Origin: Acidimicrobiia bacterium
GTDB lineage: Bacteria > Actinomycetota > Acidimicrobiia > Spongiisociales > UBA11373
NCBI GenBank assembly: GCA_040878325.1
Contig: JBBDMM010000018.1
Coordinates: forward strand, 147,083-199,922
Direction of reading: 5' to 3'
DNA: 52,840 nucleotides
The number at the start of each line of letters is the position of its first letter. Position 1 is the stretch's first letter. The position numbers and the translations under genes were made by a program. The notes under the pieces were generated by a model. It saw only the letters and a program-made list of their open reading frames with translations, was not told the origin of the DNA and made no database searches. Below, piece after piece: positions 9,767 to 19,690 of this stretch.

Positions 9767-9796
9767 ATAGTGACATCAGAATGATGTCACTGTCAA
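9767..9796 (-). promoter_or_regulatory. Promoter TTGACA-N18-CACTAT with perfect operator AGTGACATCA-GAA-TGATGTCACT
   Basis: 10-bp inverted repeat 9769-9791 lying between -35 (9796-9791) and -10 (9772-9767). Confidence 0.75.
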
Positions 9797-10311
9797 ACAG
9801 ACCGGTCGAGGGCCACCCGGTAGCGGACTTCGGGGAGCAGCGCGCCGTAGATGTCCTCGATCTTGGTGGCACCATCGAGACTCCATCCGGCTGTCTCGTA
9901 GAACCGCCGCGCCCGGTCGTTGGCCCTCAGAACCCAGAGAATGGCCGCCTCGAAGCCGTGCTCGGCGAGCCAAGCCTCGCCGGCGCTGATCAGATCGCGC
10001 CCGTGCCCGTGATCCCAGTGATCGGGGAGTACGTAGATAGCCCGGACTTCGCCGACCGGTCCCTCGAGATCCTCATCGCGCGCCGGCCCGAGCGAAGCCA
10101 TGCCCACCACCGTGTGGTCATGCTGCGCCACCAACAGAGCCTCCCGATCATCGGCCCGCTCGAAGAACGCCGTCCACTGAATGACGCGGTGCTCGACATT
10201 CAACCGATCGATGACATCGTCAGGAATCAATCCCCGATAAACCCCATCCCAGGAGCCGACCTGCACCCGGGAAATGGCGGGTATGTCGTTCGGGGTGGCG
10301 AGGCGGGCCAT
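9793..10311 (-). CDS. GNAT N-acetyltransferase
   Basis: IYVLPDHWDHGHGRDL, WVLRANDRARRFYETAGW. Confidence 0.85.
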   Translation of the reverse strand: MARLATPNDIPAISRVQVGSWDGVYRGLIPDDVIDRLNVEHRVIQWTAFFERADDREALLVAQHDHTVVGMASLGPARDEDLEGPVGEVRAIYVLPDHWDHGHGRDLISAGEAWLAEHGFEAAILWVLRANDRARRFYETAGWSLDGATKIEDIYGALLPEVRYRVALDRSV

Positions 10312-10350
10312 AGAGAAGAGTAAGCCGGCAGCCTCGCGGGGGAGTGCCCG

Positions 10351-10419
10351 CGGCGCCACCTCCCCCGTCGAAGACGACGGAGGAGGACGCCTTGCGGGAG
10401 GCGGGCGGCGGGAGGCGGG
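10351..10419 (-). repeat. Partial REP-like element followed by GCGGGAG heptamer tract
   Basis: GCCACCTCCCCCGTCGAAGACGACGGAGGAGGACGC then CTT(GCGGGAG-like)x4. Confidence 0.8.
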
Positions 10420-10454
10420 AAGAGGGCGTCGCCATTCGCCCATCACCCATCGAA

Positions 10455-10470
10455 TCGAACACATGTTCGA
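10455..10470. promoter_or_regulatory. LexA (SOS) box
   Basis: TCGAACACATGTTCGA matches actinobacterial consensus TCGAAC-N4-GTTCGA; TACACT -10 at 10480 just before dnaE2. Confidence 0.9.
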
Positions 10471-10494
10471 TCACTCGCGTACACTCCTCTCCCC

Positions 10495-13400
10495 ATGCGC
10501 TACGCCGAGCTCCACTGCCACACCAACTTCTCGTTCCTCGACGGGGCCTCCCATCCGGGGGAACTGGTGGAGCGGGCCGCCGAACTGGGATACGAGGCCC
10601 TCGCCATCACCGACCACGACGGCTTCTACGGTGCCCCCCGTTTCCGCATCGCCGCCGCGAAAGAGGGGATGGCGACGGTGTATGGGGTGGAGGTGGGAAT
10701 GGAGTCCCCAGTCTCCAGTCACCAGTCACCAGCCAGATCCGAACCTCTTGCGGAAGGCGGAGGGCGGAAGGCGGATGGCCTTCTTCCTGCTGGAGACTGG
10801 AGACTGGGGACTGGAGACTCCGATGGGGGCGGTCCCGGAGCGAAGCGACGGGGCCGAACCCATCGGATGCATGGCTCCAAACCGATCAACTTGCCGTCTA
10901 CCGATCATCTGGTGTTGTTGGCCCCTGATCCGCGGGGGTATGCGGCCATATCGCGGTTCATCACCCGGGCGCAGTTTCGGGGGGAGAAGGATCGGCCGGT
11001 CTACTCCGAGGCCGACCTGGTGGAGGCATCGGCGCGGGGCAGACTCGTCGCCCTCACCGGGTGTCATCAGGGGGCGGTCCCCCGGGCGGCGGCGGCCGGG
11101 GACCTGGAAGGGGCGATGGCGGCGGCGGCCCGCCTTCGGGAGGTGTTCCCGGGGAGGCTGTACCTCGAGGTGACGGATCACCGCATGCCGGGAGATGACG
11201 CTCGCAACGACCTGCTCGCCGAGGTGGGGGGCCGGCTGCGGATTCCCCTGGTGGCCACCAACAACGTCCACTATCACGACCGGTCGGAGGCCGACATCGC
11301 CGAGGTGCTCGCTGCCATCGGCGGGCGGCGCGACCTCGACATCGGATATGGGCATTGGCCGGCCACCGACGAGCGCCACCTCAAGTCGCCCGACGAGATG
11401 GCCCGGCGGATGGCCCGCTACCCCGGGGCGGTGGAGCGGGCAGCCGAACTGGGAGGCGCTCTGGCCTTCGATCTTCGTCTGGTCGCCCCCCGCCTCCCCG
11501 ACTTCCCGATGCCGGGGGACTTCCGCAACGAGATGGACTATCTGCGTCACCTCACCATCGAGGGGGCTCGACGGGTCTATCCGGGCGACGGGCCCGCAGC
11601 GATCGACCCGGTGGCGATGGCCCGTCTCGAGCACGAACTGTCGGTTATCGAGGGCCTGGGATTCGCCGGCTACTTCCTCATCGTGTGGGACATCGTCCGC
11701 TTCGCCGAGTCGCGCGACATCTACTGCCAGATCCGCGGCTCGGGCGCCGACTCGGCGGTGTGCCGCTGTCTCGATCTCACCCGGGTCGATCCGATCCGCC
11801 TCGCCCTGCCGTTCGAGCGGTTCCTCTCTGCCGAGCGGGGCCGGCCCCCGGACATCGACGTCGACTTCGAGGCCGAACGGCGGGAGGAGGTGATCCAGTA
11901 CTGCTATCAGCGATACGGGCGGGAGCGGGCGGCGATGGTGGCCAACGTGATCACCTACCGGGCCCGGTCGGTGCTCCAGGATGTGGGCAAGGCATTCGGG
12001 CTCACCCAGGCCCAGGTCAACGGGCTCACCAAGTACCTCGACACCATGGACCCGGGCAAGATCGACACGTACCTCGACCTGCCGGAGGGTGCCACCACCG
12101 ACTTCATCCTCGACGCCTGCCGCCGCCTCGACGGGTTCCCCCGTCATCTCGGCATCCACTCGGGCGGCATGGTCATCGCCGACCGTCCCCTGTGGGAGGC
12201 GGTGCCGCTCGAATGGGGGCGGATGGAGGACCGTTCGGTGCTCCAGTGGGACAAGGACGACTGTGCCTCGATGGGGATCGTCAAGTTCGACCTGCTCGCC
12301 CTGGGAATGCTCAACGCCCTCCACCTGGCGGTGGACATGATCGACGAGGTTCATGGCGTGTCGATCGACCTGGCCACGATCCCCCAGGAGCCCCGCATCT
12401 ACGAGATGCTCACCAAGGCCGACACCGTCGGCGTGTTCCAGGTGGAGTCCCGCGCCCAGATGGCGACCCTTCCCCGGATGAAGCCGAAGACCTTCTACGA
12501 CCTGGCGGTGGAGGTGGCCCTCATCCGCCCCGGCCCGATCCAGGGCCATTCGGTGCATCCCTATCTGCGGCGGCGCAACGGGGAGGAACCGGTGCGGTAT
12601 CCCCACCCCTTGACCGAGCCCATCCTCGCCAAGACCCTCGGGGTGCCGGTGTTCCAGGAGCAGCTGATGGAGATCGCCCGGGTGTGCGCCGGCTACAGCC
12701 CGGGACAATCGGACCGCCTCCGCCAGGCGATGACTCACAAGCGGTCGCAGGAGGAGATGGAGAAACTGCGGCTCGAGACCGTGGCCGGCATGGGGCGCAA
12801 CGGCATCACCGGGGCGGCGGCCGACGAGTTGTGGGAGAAGCTCCAGGGCTTTGCCTCGTTCGGCTTCCCCGAAAGCCATTCGGTGTCGTTCGCCTACATC
12901 GTCTACATGTCAGCGTGGCTCAAATATCACTGGCCTACCGAGTTCCTTGCCGGGCTGCTCAACGCCCAGCCGATGGGGTTCTATAGCCCCAACTCGCTGG
13001 TGCAGGACTCCGCCCGCCACGGGGTGGTGGTGCTGGGACCTGACGTCAACGATTCGGAATTCGACTGCACCGTCGTGGCGCACTTCGCCAACCCCGAGGA
13101 CACCGCCACCTATTACGGGATGGCCTGGCGGCGGGGGAGGGGTTCGGTCGACGATCCCATGCGAATGGCCACCGCGGTCCGCATGGGGCTGCGGTATGTC
13201 CGTGACCTGGGCGAGGCGGAGATCTCGAGGATTGAGGCAGCCCGGCTCGGAGGCGGTCTGTTCGCTTCGGTGGTCGATCTGGCACAGCGAACCGGGCTGC
13301 CGGTGGGTGCTCTCGAAGGTTTGGCGGCGTCGGGGGCACTCGAATCGCTGGGGGTGTCGCGGCGGGAGGGTCTGTGGGCGGCGGGTGCCCTGGCGGGGAT

Positions 13401-13875
13401 GGGGCCGGGGCGGCTACCCCTGGCGGCCGGCACCGATGCTCCTGCCCTTCCCCTCATGCCGGAGACCGAGGCGGCGCGGGCGGACCTCTGGGCCACTGGA
13501 GTATCGGTGCGCCACCCCGTCGAGTTCGTCCGGGAGCGCCTGGCGGCCGACGGTTGTGTCCCGATCGCCGAGGCACTCGAAGGACGACGGGCGGGGCGGC
13601 GGGTGCGGGTGGGCGGGGTGGTCACCCACCGCCAGCGGCCGATGACCGCCAAGGGGGTGATCTTCATCAACCTCGAGGACGAGACCGGATTGCTCAATGT
13701 CATCGTCCTCCCCGAGGTGTGGGACGCCCAGCGCGATGTGGCCCGCCGCAACCCGGGCCTGGTGATCGACGGGACCCTGGAGCATCGCGACGGGGTCACC
13801 AACCTCATCGCCCGCAAATTCGCCGGCTGGCCGGTGGAGGGGGTGGAAAGCCGCAACTGGGCGGGACGAAGGTGA
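10495..13875 (+). CDS. dnaE2: Error-prone DNA polymerase III alpha subunit DnaE2
   Basis: YAELHCHTNFSFLDG PHP start, PPDIDVDF, QWDKDD, GVFQVESRAQM, FGFPESH, HRQRPMTAKG OB fold; SOS box. Confidence 0.95.
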   Translation: MRYAELHCHTNFSFLDGASHPGELVERAAELGYEALAITDHDGFYGAPRFRIAAAKEGMATVYGVEVGMESPVSSHQSPARSEPLAEGGGRKADGLLPAGDWRLGTGDSDGGGPGAKRRGRTHRMHGSKPINLPSTDHLVLLAPDPRGYAAISRFITRAQFRGEKDRPVYSEADLVEASARGRLVALTGCHQGAVPRAAAAGDLEGAMAAAARLREVFPGRLYLEVTDHRMPGDDARNDLLAEVGGRLRIPLVATNNVHYHDRSEADIAEVLAAIGGRRDLDIGYGHWPATDERHLKSPDEMARRMARYPGAVERAAELGGALAFDLRLVAPRLPDFPMPGDFRNEMDYLRHLTIEGARRVYPGDGPAAIDPVAMARLEHELSVIEGLGFAGYFLIVWDIVRFAESRDIYCQIRGSGADSAVCRCLDLTRVDPIRLALPFERFLSAERGRPPDIDVDFEAERREEVIQYCYQRYGRERAAMVANVITYRARSVLQDVGKAFGLTQAQVNGLTKYLDTMDPGKIDTYLDLPEGATTDFILDACRRLDGFPRHLGIHSGGMVIADRPLWEAVPLEWGRMEDRSVLQWDKDDCASMGIVKFDLLALGMLNALHLAVDMIDEVHGVSIDLATIPQEPRIYEMLTKADTVGVFQVESRAQMATLPRMKPKTFYDLAVEVALIRPGPIQGHSVHPYLRRRNGEEPVRYPHPLTEPILAKTLGVPVFQEQLMEIARVCAGYSPGQSDRLRQAMTHKRSQEEMEKLRLETVAGMGRNGITGAAADELWEKLQGFASFGFPESHSVSFAYIVYMSAWLKYHWPTEFLAGLLNAQPMGFYSPNSLVQDSARHGVVVLGPDVNDSEFDCTVVAHFANPEDTATYYGMAWRRGRGSVDDPMRMATAVRMGLRYVRDLGEAEISRIEAARLGGGLFASVVDLAQRTGLPVGALEGLAASGALESLGVSRREGLWAAGALAGMGPGRLPLAAGTDAPALPLMPETEAARADLWATGVSVRHPVEFVRERLAADGCVPIAEALEGRRAGRRVRVGGVVTHRQRPMTAKGVIFINLEDETGLLNVIVLPEVWDAQRDVARRNPGLVIDGTLEHRDGVTNLIARKFAGWPVEGVESRNWAGRR
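10701..10821. repeat. Heptamer-built inverted repeat inside dnaE2 (33-bp arms, nested GGCGG heptamer tract)
   Basis: GGAGTC(NCCAGTC)3NCCAGC at 10701-10733 pairs with 10789-10821. Confidence 0.85.
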
Positions 13876-13878
13876 CGC

Positions 13879-15096
13879 TCAGTCCACCAGCGGCGAGCGG
13901 CGGATCTCGAAGTCAGCCTCGTCGATGGTCTGTCGGCAATCACACCGGGCCGTCGGGGGAGGGACCGGGGCGAGGCGGATCCCGGGTGCGTCGAGGAGGC
14001 GCACCCGAGAGACCGTCCTCTCCAGCGAAGTCTCCAGCGCCCAGGCGGGGGCGGCCTCCTCCACGAGTGCGGCCCGCACCGGCAGCACCCGGTAGTCGAG
14101 ATTGCGCACCCAGGTGGGCACGATGTCGATGCCATCGGCAGCAAAGGTGCCGTCGGGGCGTTCCGACACCCTGATCAGCACCGTCAGCCCGTCCTCCGTG
14201 GAGAAGTACTCCTCCCCGAAGGCGCCGTTCTGGTTCGACAACTGATTGCCCATCCCGTACACCACGTATTTGCCGTTGATCATGCCGATCGGTTGGACCA
14301 CATGGGCGTGGGCGCCGAGGATCAGATCGACGTGAGGCGATCCGAGCAGGGCCTCGGCCAGGGCGACCTGGCTTCCGGTAGGCCCGACCACGTTCTCGAT
14401 ACCCCAGTGGAGCGACACGATCACGAACTCGGCCCCGTTGTCCCTCGCCCATTCGGCGTCGGCGAGGATGGCGTCGACGGCGATGATGTTGGTCGCGTAG
14501 GGATGATCGCGGGGCATCGGTTGGCCGTTGGTGCCGTAGGTGTACGACAGGTGCGCCACGCTCACCCCTGCCACGTCGTACAGGCCGGGCAGACGCTCCT
14601 CCTCACTGCGGGCGGTTCCGTCGTGGCGGACTCCGGCGGCGTCGAGGAAGTCGAGGGTGGTCACCACTCCCGACCATCCGGCGTCGAGCGCATGGTTGCC
14701 GGCGGTGGAGCACGTGTCGTAGCCGGCGGCGGCGATGGCGTCGGCGATCTCATACGGGGCGACGAACTTCGGGAAGAACGACAGCCCTGAATTGTCCGGG
14801 CTGAGGGTCACCTCGAGGTGGCAGATGGCGAGGTCGGCCACCTCGATCCACGGCGTGATCGACGAGAACATGGGCGAGAAGTCGTACGTCCCGGGGCCGG
14901 TGCGGGCGACCTCGGTGATCCGGCGGTGGATCAGCACGTCGCCGGCTGCCGCGATCGTGAACGAACGGAGGCTCCCAGCCGAGCGGGCCGGAGTCGCACT
15001 GGTAAGCAGGGCGAACATCGTCAGCAGCGCGCCGACGACGAGATGATTTCCAGGGCGCCGTCTGGTCAGTGCCTCAGCCTTCGCCGATGGCCTCAA
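13879..15096 (-). CDS. CapA/PGA_cap family metallophosphatase, exported (start uncertain)
   Basis: AAGDVLIH, AGNHALD, SLHWG, GAHAHVVQ, YGMGN; N-terminal signal-like segment. Confidence 0.85.
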   Translation of the reverse strand: MRPSAKAEALTRRRPGNHLVVGALLTMFALLTSATPARSAGSLRSFTIAAAGDVLIHRRITEVARTGPGTYDFSPMFSSITPWIEVADLAICHLEVTLSPDNSGLSFFPKFVAPYEIADAIAAAGYDTCSTAGNHALDAGWSGVVTTLDFLDAAGVRHDGTARSEEERLPGLYDVAGVSVAHLSYTYGTNGQPMPRDHPYATNIIAVDAILADAEWARDNGAEFVIVSLHWGIENVVGPTGSQVALAEALLGSPHVDLILGAHAHVVQPIGMINGKYVVYGMGNQLSNQNGAFGEEYFSTEDGLTVLIRVSERPDGTFAADGIDIVPTWVRNLDYRVLPVRAALVEEAAPAWALETSLERTVSRVRLLDAPGIRLAPVPPPTARCDCRQTIDEADFEIRRSPLVD

Positions 15097-15126
15097 GGAT
15101 GGCAGGTCAACGGGGCCGCCCGTCGA

Positions 15127-15960
15127 CTACTCGGATTCGCCCCGGTCACGCAGATAGCGCTCTATCTCGGCGGCGATTTCTTCGCCGGTGGCGACTTCCC
15201 CCGAGGCGTCGTAGACGGCCTCGAGCTGGTCGACGATCTCCTGGATCGCCGGCTGATCGTCGAGGGCGTCGGTGAGCTGGCGGCGCTGGGCGGCGGCGTC
15301 GTCGACCAGGGAACCCAGGGGAATGTCGACCCCGAGGTATCGCGACACCCGCTCCACCAGGGACACCACTGCGGGAAAATACGCCCCGGCGACGTAGTGG
15401 GGCACCCTGGCCCAAAAGCCGACGGTGGGGATCCCCCGATCGGCGACCGCCTTCTCGACGATCGACGAGGCGGAGGCGGGCACCCGGAGAAGGCCATCCG
15501 GGAAGTTGGCGTCGGCACCGATCAGGTCGCGCCGTGATGCGGTTGTCACCACGATCGTGGGACGGGTGTGCGGTGCCGCCCACGGGATTCCGCCAAGCGA
15601 CACGTGCTGCAATACACCGAGGTCGGTCGCCAGGTCGCCGACCGCTGATCCGAGCGCCTGCCAACCCCAGTTCGGTTCAGGCCCAGACAGCACCAGGACG
15701 TCGCGGTCGCCGATCCTCCTCCGCCGCAGCGTCGTAGTGGGCCAGGCGACGTCGTCGAACATCCCGTCCACGAAGTCGATAGTGGGGCGATTGACTCGAT
15801 AGTCGTAGAGGCGGTCGCTGTCGAAGGTGGCGAGTACGGCGCCATCCCCGGCGATGTGCCCGGCGCTCACGGTGCCCGCCGAACCTGCCGAGACCCAACC
15901 TTCGAACGCGATCACCAGGGCAGGCGACACCAGCGGGTCGTCGAGGCGAAGGTCGTACAT
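15127..15960 (-). CDS. PAC2 family (proteasome assembly chaperone-like) protein
   Basis: AFEGW, DYRVNRP, GPEP, PHTRP, WARVPHY, AAEIERYLR. Confidence 0.9.
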   Translation of the reverse strand: MYDLRLDDPLVSPALVIAFEGWVSAGSAGTVSAGHIAGDGAVLATFDSDRLYDYRVNRPTIDFVDGMFDDVAWPTTTLRRRRIGDRDVLVLSGPEPNWGWQALGSAVGDLATDLGVLQHVSLGGIPWAAPHTRPTIVVTTASRRDLIGADANFPDGLLRVPASASSIVEKAVADRGIPTVGFWARVPHYVAGAYFPAVVSLVERVSRYLGVDIPLGSLVDDAAAQRRQLTDALDDQPAIQEIVDQLEAVYDASGEVATGEEIAAEIERYLRDRGESE

Positions 15961-15988
15961 GCGTCACCAGCCTATGCGGCGAGGAAGG

Positions 15989-17218
15989 TCAGAAGTCGTC
16001 GCAGCCGTCGGCTCCTGCGCTGACGTACCAGACCCGGGTGGCGTCCGCATCGGGGCTGGCGGCGGTCCCCGAAATCGCCATTCCGACCACCATCTCGTCG
16101 CCGGCGAACGTCGCCAGGCCTCGATTCGTGTCGAAGAACGTCGGGGTGGTGTACGCATCGGTGAATTCGGCGAGGGTGCTTCCCAGGCTGATTCCCTCGT
16201 CGGTGTCGAGGCCGGCGGCGATCGGGTCGAGGGTGGCCAGGTCGGCCGACCGGTACGAGTACTGCGAGAAGTACGGCTCGCCGCCGGTGTCGGTGAAGTC
16301 GACGACCAGGAAGGCAGGGTGGTCGGTCCCGGGTGGATCGTCGGCCTGGATCAGCCAGGTCACGTGGCGGTTCGCTCCGGTACAGCCCTCCTCATCGGTG
16401 AGCCAGCCGGAATCCTCCCAGGGCTGCCCGAGGAGCAGGGCGATCACAGCGACGGTGTTGATTTCGTCATCGCCGAAGGCGGCCACCCCCAGCCCGTCGG
16501 TGTCCAGGACCATCGGACCGAAATCGGCTGCGACGACATTGGGCGACCTGACCGAAACCCGCACCAAGTAGGAGGTGTCGGTGCTCGAACTCACCCGGAT
16601 GGTGTAGCCGACTGCACCGGCGAGTTCAGCCTGGATCTGGCCCTCGTCACCCGTTGTCTCGACCTCGGCGCCGTCGGGTCCGACCACCGAAAGGGTGATG
16701 GCGCCCTCGAGCACCTCGAGAGTGAGAATCTGCCCCTGGGCTCCGTCGAAAGCGAAGACCTCGGGATCACTGGTGGTGACGCCTCCCGCCACCTCGGCGA
16801 CGACCTCACCGGTCGGGAAGGTGACGGAGCGCTCGTCGGCGCAGTCGCGGGCGAGCGACCAGAAGGTCTCCTCATCGGGCTCGCCGGTGGGGATCCTCCG
16901 GATCTCGGCCTGATACCAGGCGACGGCCTTGGAGGTGATCGGGCCGAAGGAGCCGTCAACGGTCACCGCCGAGCCGGCGACCGGCTCAACATGGCCGGTG
17001 CACACGAGATAGAACTGCAGTGCCTCGACATATGCGCCGCGAGAACCGGCCGCGATGAAGATGGGGCCGTTCGCCTCGAGCGTCACCCGACCGCCGGCAG
17101 TGGTGGTGGTCGTATCGGGCACGCTGCTGGTGGTAGTCGTCGGCAGGGTCGTGGCGGTGCACGCGGTGGCACCGAGCGTCAGCACGACGACGGTGACGAA
17201 CCCACGAATCTTGGTCAT
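15989..17218 (-). CDS. Lipoprotein with peptidoglycan-binding (PG_binding_1-like) domain
   Basis: Lipobox GATAC, Thr-rich linker, GSRGAYVEALQ...VDGSFGPITSKAVAWYQ. Confidence 0.75.
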   Translation of the reverse strand: MTKIRGFVTVVVLTLGATACTATTLPTTTTSSVPDTTTTTAGGRVTLEANGPIFIAAGSRGAYVEALQFYLVCTGHVEPVAGSAVTVDGSFGPITSKAVAWYQAEIRRIPTGEPDEETFWSLARDCADERSVTFPTGEVVAEVAGGVTTSDPEVFAFDGAQGQILTLEVLEGAITLSVVGPDGAEVETTGDEGQIQAELAGAVGYTIRVSSSTDTSYLVRVSVRSPNVVAADFGPMVLDTDGLGVAAFGDDEINTVAVIALLLGQPWEDSGWLTDEEGCTGANRHVTWLIQADDPPGTDHPAFLVVDFTDTGGEPYFSQYSYRSADLATLDPIAAGLDTDEGISLGSTLAEFTDAYTTPTFFDTNRGLATFAGDEMVVGMAISGTAASPDADATRVWYVSAGADGCDDF

Positions 17219-17251
17219 GTTGCAGCCACTCTACGCGGGTGGGGGGCAACG

Positions 17252-17280
17252 CTCATGCTGACAGGGCGTCGAGCCGATAA
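17252..17280 (+). promoter_or_regulatory. Putative sigma28 (FliA/WhiG)-type promoter
   Basis: CTCATG-N15-GCCGATAA, 10 nt before ATG. Confidence 0.5.
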
Positions 17281-17290
17281 ACCATGTCGC

Positions 17291-18349
17291 ATGACAGATC
17301 TATTGCAGGCCGCCGCCGTCGAGATCGGCTCCAGGCTCGAAACCGAGTGGGATGACCTCGCGGTTCGCACCGGGGCGGCCCCGTTCTCCCGACCCGCGTG
17401 GGTGCACGCCTGGGGCGACGCCTTCGGGCGCGACGTACGAGCGGCGACGGTGCGGAGGGGTGGAAGGCTGGTGGCGGTCGCTCCGGTGACCGAACGGTCA
17501 AAGGCGGTAGCCACCGCCGCCGACTGGCACGTGCCGATGCTCGAAGCCGTTGCCGCCGACGCGGACGCGCTCGAGGCATTGGCAGTGCACCTGCTCACCC
17601 AACGGCGGCGAGTGACGATCGACTTTGTGCCTGCCGGCGGCCCGACCGCGTCGACTTTCGAGGCAGCCCTTCGCCGACACGGTTTCCGGGTGCGGTCGCG
17701 TCCCCGGCTCGAGTCGCCCTTCATCGATTTTTCCGATGGATGGGACTCTTATGTCGAAACGCTGTCGACGAAGAAGTGGCGTGAGCTTCGCCGCCGTCAT
17801 CGCCGGCTGGAGGAAGAGGGTGCGGTGGAGTTCGTGGTCGGCGACGGTACCCATGACCTCGACCGTCAGCTCAGCGAGGGATTCGCGGTGGAAGGCTCCG
17901 GTTGGAAGGATGCTCAAGGCACCGCGATCGCCAGCGATCGCCGGGTGGAGCGCTTCTACCGCGAAGTCACCTGCTGGGCGGCGCACGAGGGGATGGCTCG
18001 CATCGCGTTCCTCCGGGTGGCCGGCAGGCCGATCGCCTTTGACCTGTCGTTGGTGCACGGTGGCACCGAGTGGCTGCTCAAGACCGGCTTCGACCCGGCC
18101 TGGTCCCGTTTCTCACCGGGCTCGCTGCTGCGGGCCGAAGCCCTTCGCCGCGCCTGCGACGAGAAAGTGCGGGTGTACGAGTTCGCCGGTGCCGCCGATC
18201 CCTGGAAGATGGAGTGGACCACCTCCACCCGACCGATCCTCGTGATCGATGGATTCGCCCCCGGGCTCGGTGGCACGGCGACGATGCAGGCAGCGCGGCT
18301 GAAACGACGAGTTCGCACTCTCCTGTCTGGGGGCCGAGGAAAGGCCTGA
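17291..18349 (+). CDS. GNAT family, CelD/BcsL (Acetyltransf_6)-type
   Basis: PFSRPAWVHAW, SGWKDAQGTAI, KTGFDPAWSRFSPGSLL, DPWKMEW. Confidence 0.85.
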   Translation: MTDLLQAAAVEIGSRLETEWDDLAVRTGAAPFSRPAWVHAWGDAFGRDVRAATVRRGGRLVAVAPVTERSKAVATAADWHVPMLEAVAADADALEALAVHLLTQRRRVTIDFVPAGGPTASTFEAALRRHGFRVRSRPRLESPFIDFSDGWDSYVETLSTKKWRELRRRHRRLEEEGAVEFVVGDGTHDLDRQLSEGFAVEGSGWKDAQGTAIASDRRVERFYREVTCWAAHEGMARIAFLRVAGRPIAFDLSLVHGGTEWLLKTGFDPAWSRFSPGSLLRAEALRRACDEKVRVYEFAGAADPWKMEWTTSTRPILVIDGFAPGLGGTATMQAARLKRRVRTLLSGGRGKA

Positions 18350-18402
18350 CTCTCGCGATCGACTGGAAGCGCCAGGTGTTCGCGGCGATGGCCCTGACCG
18401 CA

Positions 18403-18443
18403 TCTTGCGGATGGCGGAAGGCGGATGGCGGAAGGCGGAAGGC
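18403..18443. repeat. Heptamer tract TCTT(GCGGAWG)x5
   Basis: Direct read; sister tracts at 10746, 26018, 27458, 28588, 44900 (reverse). Confidence 0.85.
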
Positions 18444-18508
18444 CTTCCTCTTACGGGAGGCGTCCTCCTCACGCACGCCGTATCCTCGGCGGGACTCGAG
18501 GAGGATTC

Positions 18509-19690
18509 ATGAAGGAAGCGGTGATCGTTTCGACGGCGCGTACGCCGATCGGCCGGGCGTATCGGGGGGCGTTCAACGATCTCGAGGGCCCCTCGCTGGC
18601 AGCCCATGCGATCCGGGCTGCCCTCGAACGGGCCGGGGTGGAGCCGGGCGAGCCCGATGACGTCATCATGGGCAACGCCCTCACCCAGGGATCCACCGGG
18701 TTCAACGTCGCCCGTCAAGCCGCCCTCACCGCCGGCATGCCCGACACGGTCGCGGGGATGACCATGGATCGTCAGTGCTCCAGCGGGATGATGGCGATCG
18801 CCACCGCCGCCAAGCAGGTGATCCACGACGGCATGCCGATCGTCGTGGCCGGAGGTCTCGAGTCGATCAGCCTGGTGCAGAACCAGCACATGAACCAGTT
18901 CCGGGCGATGGACCCTGCCCTCCTCGAACGCCAGCCTCACATGTACATGCCGATGCTCCATACCGCAGAAGTCGTGGCCGAGAGATACTCGGTGGGCCGG
19001 GACGCCCAGGATTCGTACGCCTTCCAAAGCCAGCAACGGACTGCGGCCGCCCAGGACGCGGGGCGTTTCGACGACGAGATCGTGGCCGTCAAGGCCACCA
19101 AGGTGCTCCGCAACAAGGAGACCGGGGAAGAGACCCGCGAGGATGTCGTGCTCGAGCGTGACGAAGGCAACCGGCCCGAGACCACTCTCGAGGGGCTCAC
19201 CGGCCTGGCGCCGGTGTTCGACGGTGGCACGATCACCGCCGGTAACGCCAGCCAACTCTCCGACGGGGCCTCGGCCTGCGTCGTGATGGATGCCGACCTG
19301 GCCTCGCAGCGGGGCCTCACCCCCCTTGGCTACTACCGGGCGATCGCGGTGGCAGGTTGTGCCCCCGACGAGATGGGCATCGGGCCGGTCTTCGCGGTGC
19401 CGAAGCTCCTCGACCGGGCAGGTCTGTCGGTCGACGACATCGGCCTGTGGGAGCTCAATGAGGCCTTTGCGGTGCAGGTCGTATATTGCCGCGATCGGCT
19501 GGGGATCCCCGACGAGTTGCTGAATGTGAACGGCGGATCCATCTCGATCGGCCATCCCTACGGCATGTCCGGGAGCCGGATGGTGGGTCACGCCCTCCTC
19601 GAGGGGAAGCGCCGCGGCGCCCGCTACGTGGTCAGCACGATGTGCGTCGGCGGCGGCATGGGGGCCGCCGGCCTCTTCGAAGTGGCGTAA
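18509..19690 (+). CDS. Acetyl-CoA C-acyltransferase (thiolase)
   Basis: [35 protein letters not shown]. Confidence 0.95.
   Translation: MKEAVIVSTARTPIGRAYRGAFNDLEGPSLAAHAIRAALERAGVEPGEPDDVIMGNALTQGSTGFNVARQAALTAGMPDTVAGMTMDRQCSSGMMAIATAAKQVIHDGMPIVVAGGLESISLVQNQHMNQFRAMDPALLERQPHMYMPMLHTAEVVAERYSVGRDAQDSYAFQSQQRTAAAQDAGRFDDEIVAVKATKVLRNKETGEETREDVVLERDEGNRPETTLEGLTGLAPVFDGGTITAGNASQLSDGASACVVMDADLASQRGLTPLGYYRAIAVAGCAPDEMGIGPVFAVPKLLDRAGLSVDDIGLWELNEAFAVQVVYCRDRLGIPDELLNVNGGSISIGHPYGMSGSRMVGHALLEGKRRGARYVVSTMCVGGGMGAAGLFEVA

Noticed and set aside
10701..10821. Intein or intron in dnaE2
   Set aside because: Too short, no His-Asn splice terminus; composed of heptamer repeats
13879..15096. Poly-gamma-glutamate capsule locus
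   Set aside because: Lone CapA-family gene with no capB/capC nearby
15827..17290. Long N-terminal extensions in the ORF track (15827 GNAT, 31089 aminotransferase, 31429 MFS, 44123 dehalogenase)
   Set aside because: They overlap other genes or repeats; downstream starts have better promoter, RBS and domain support
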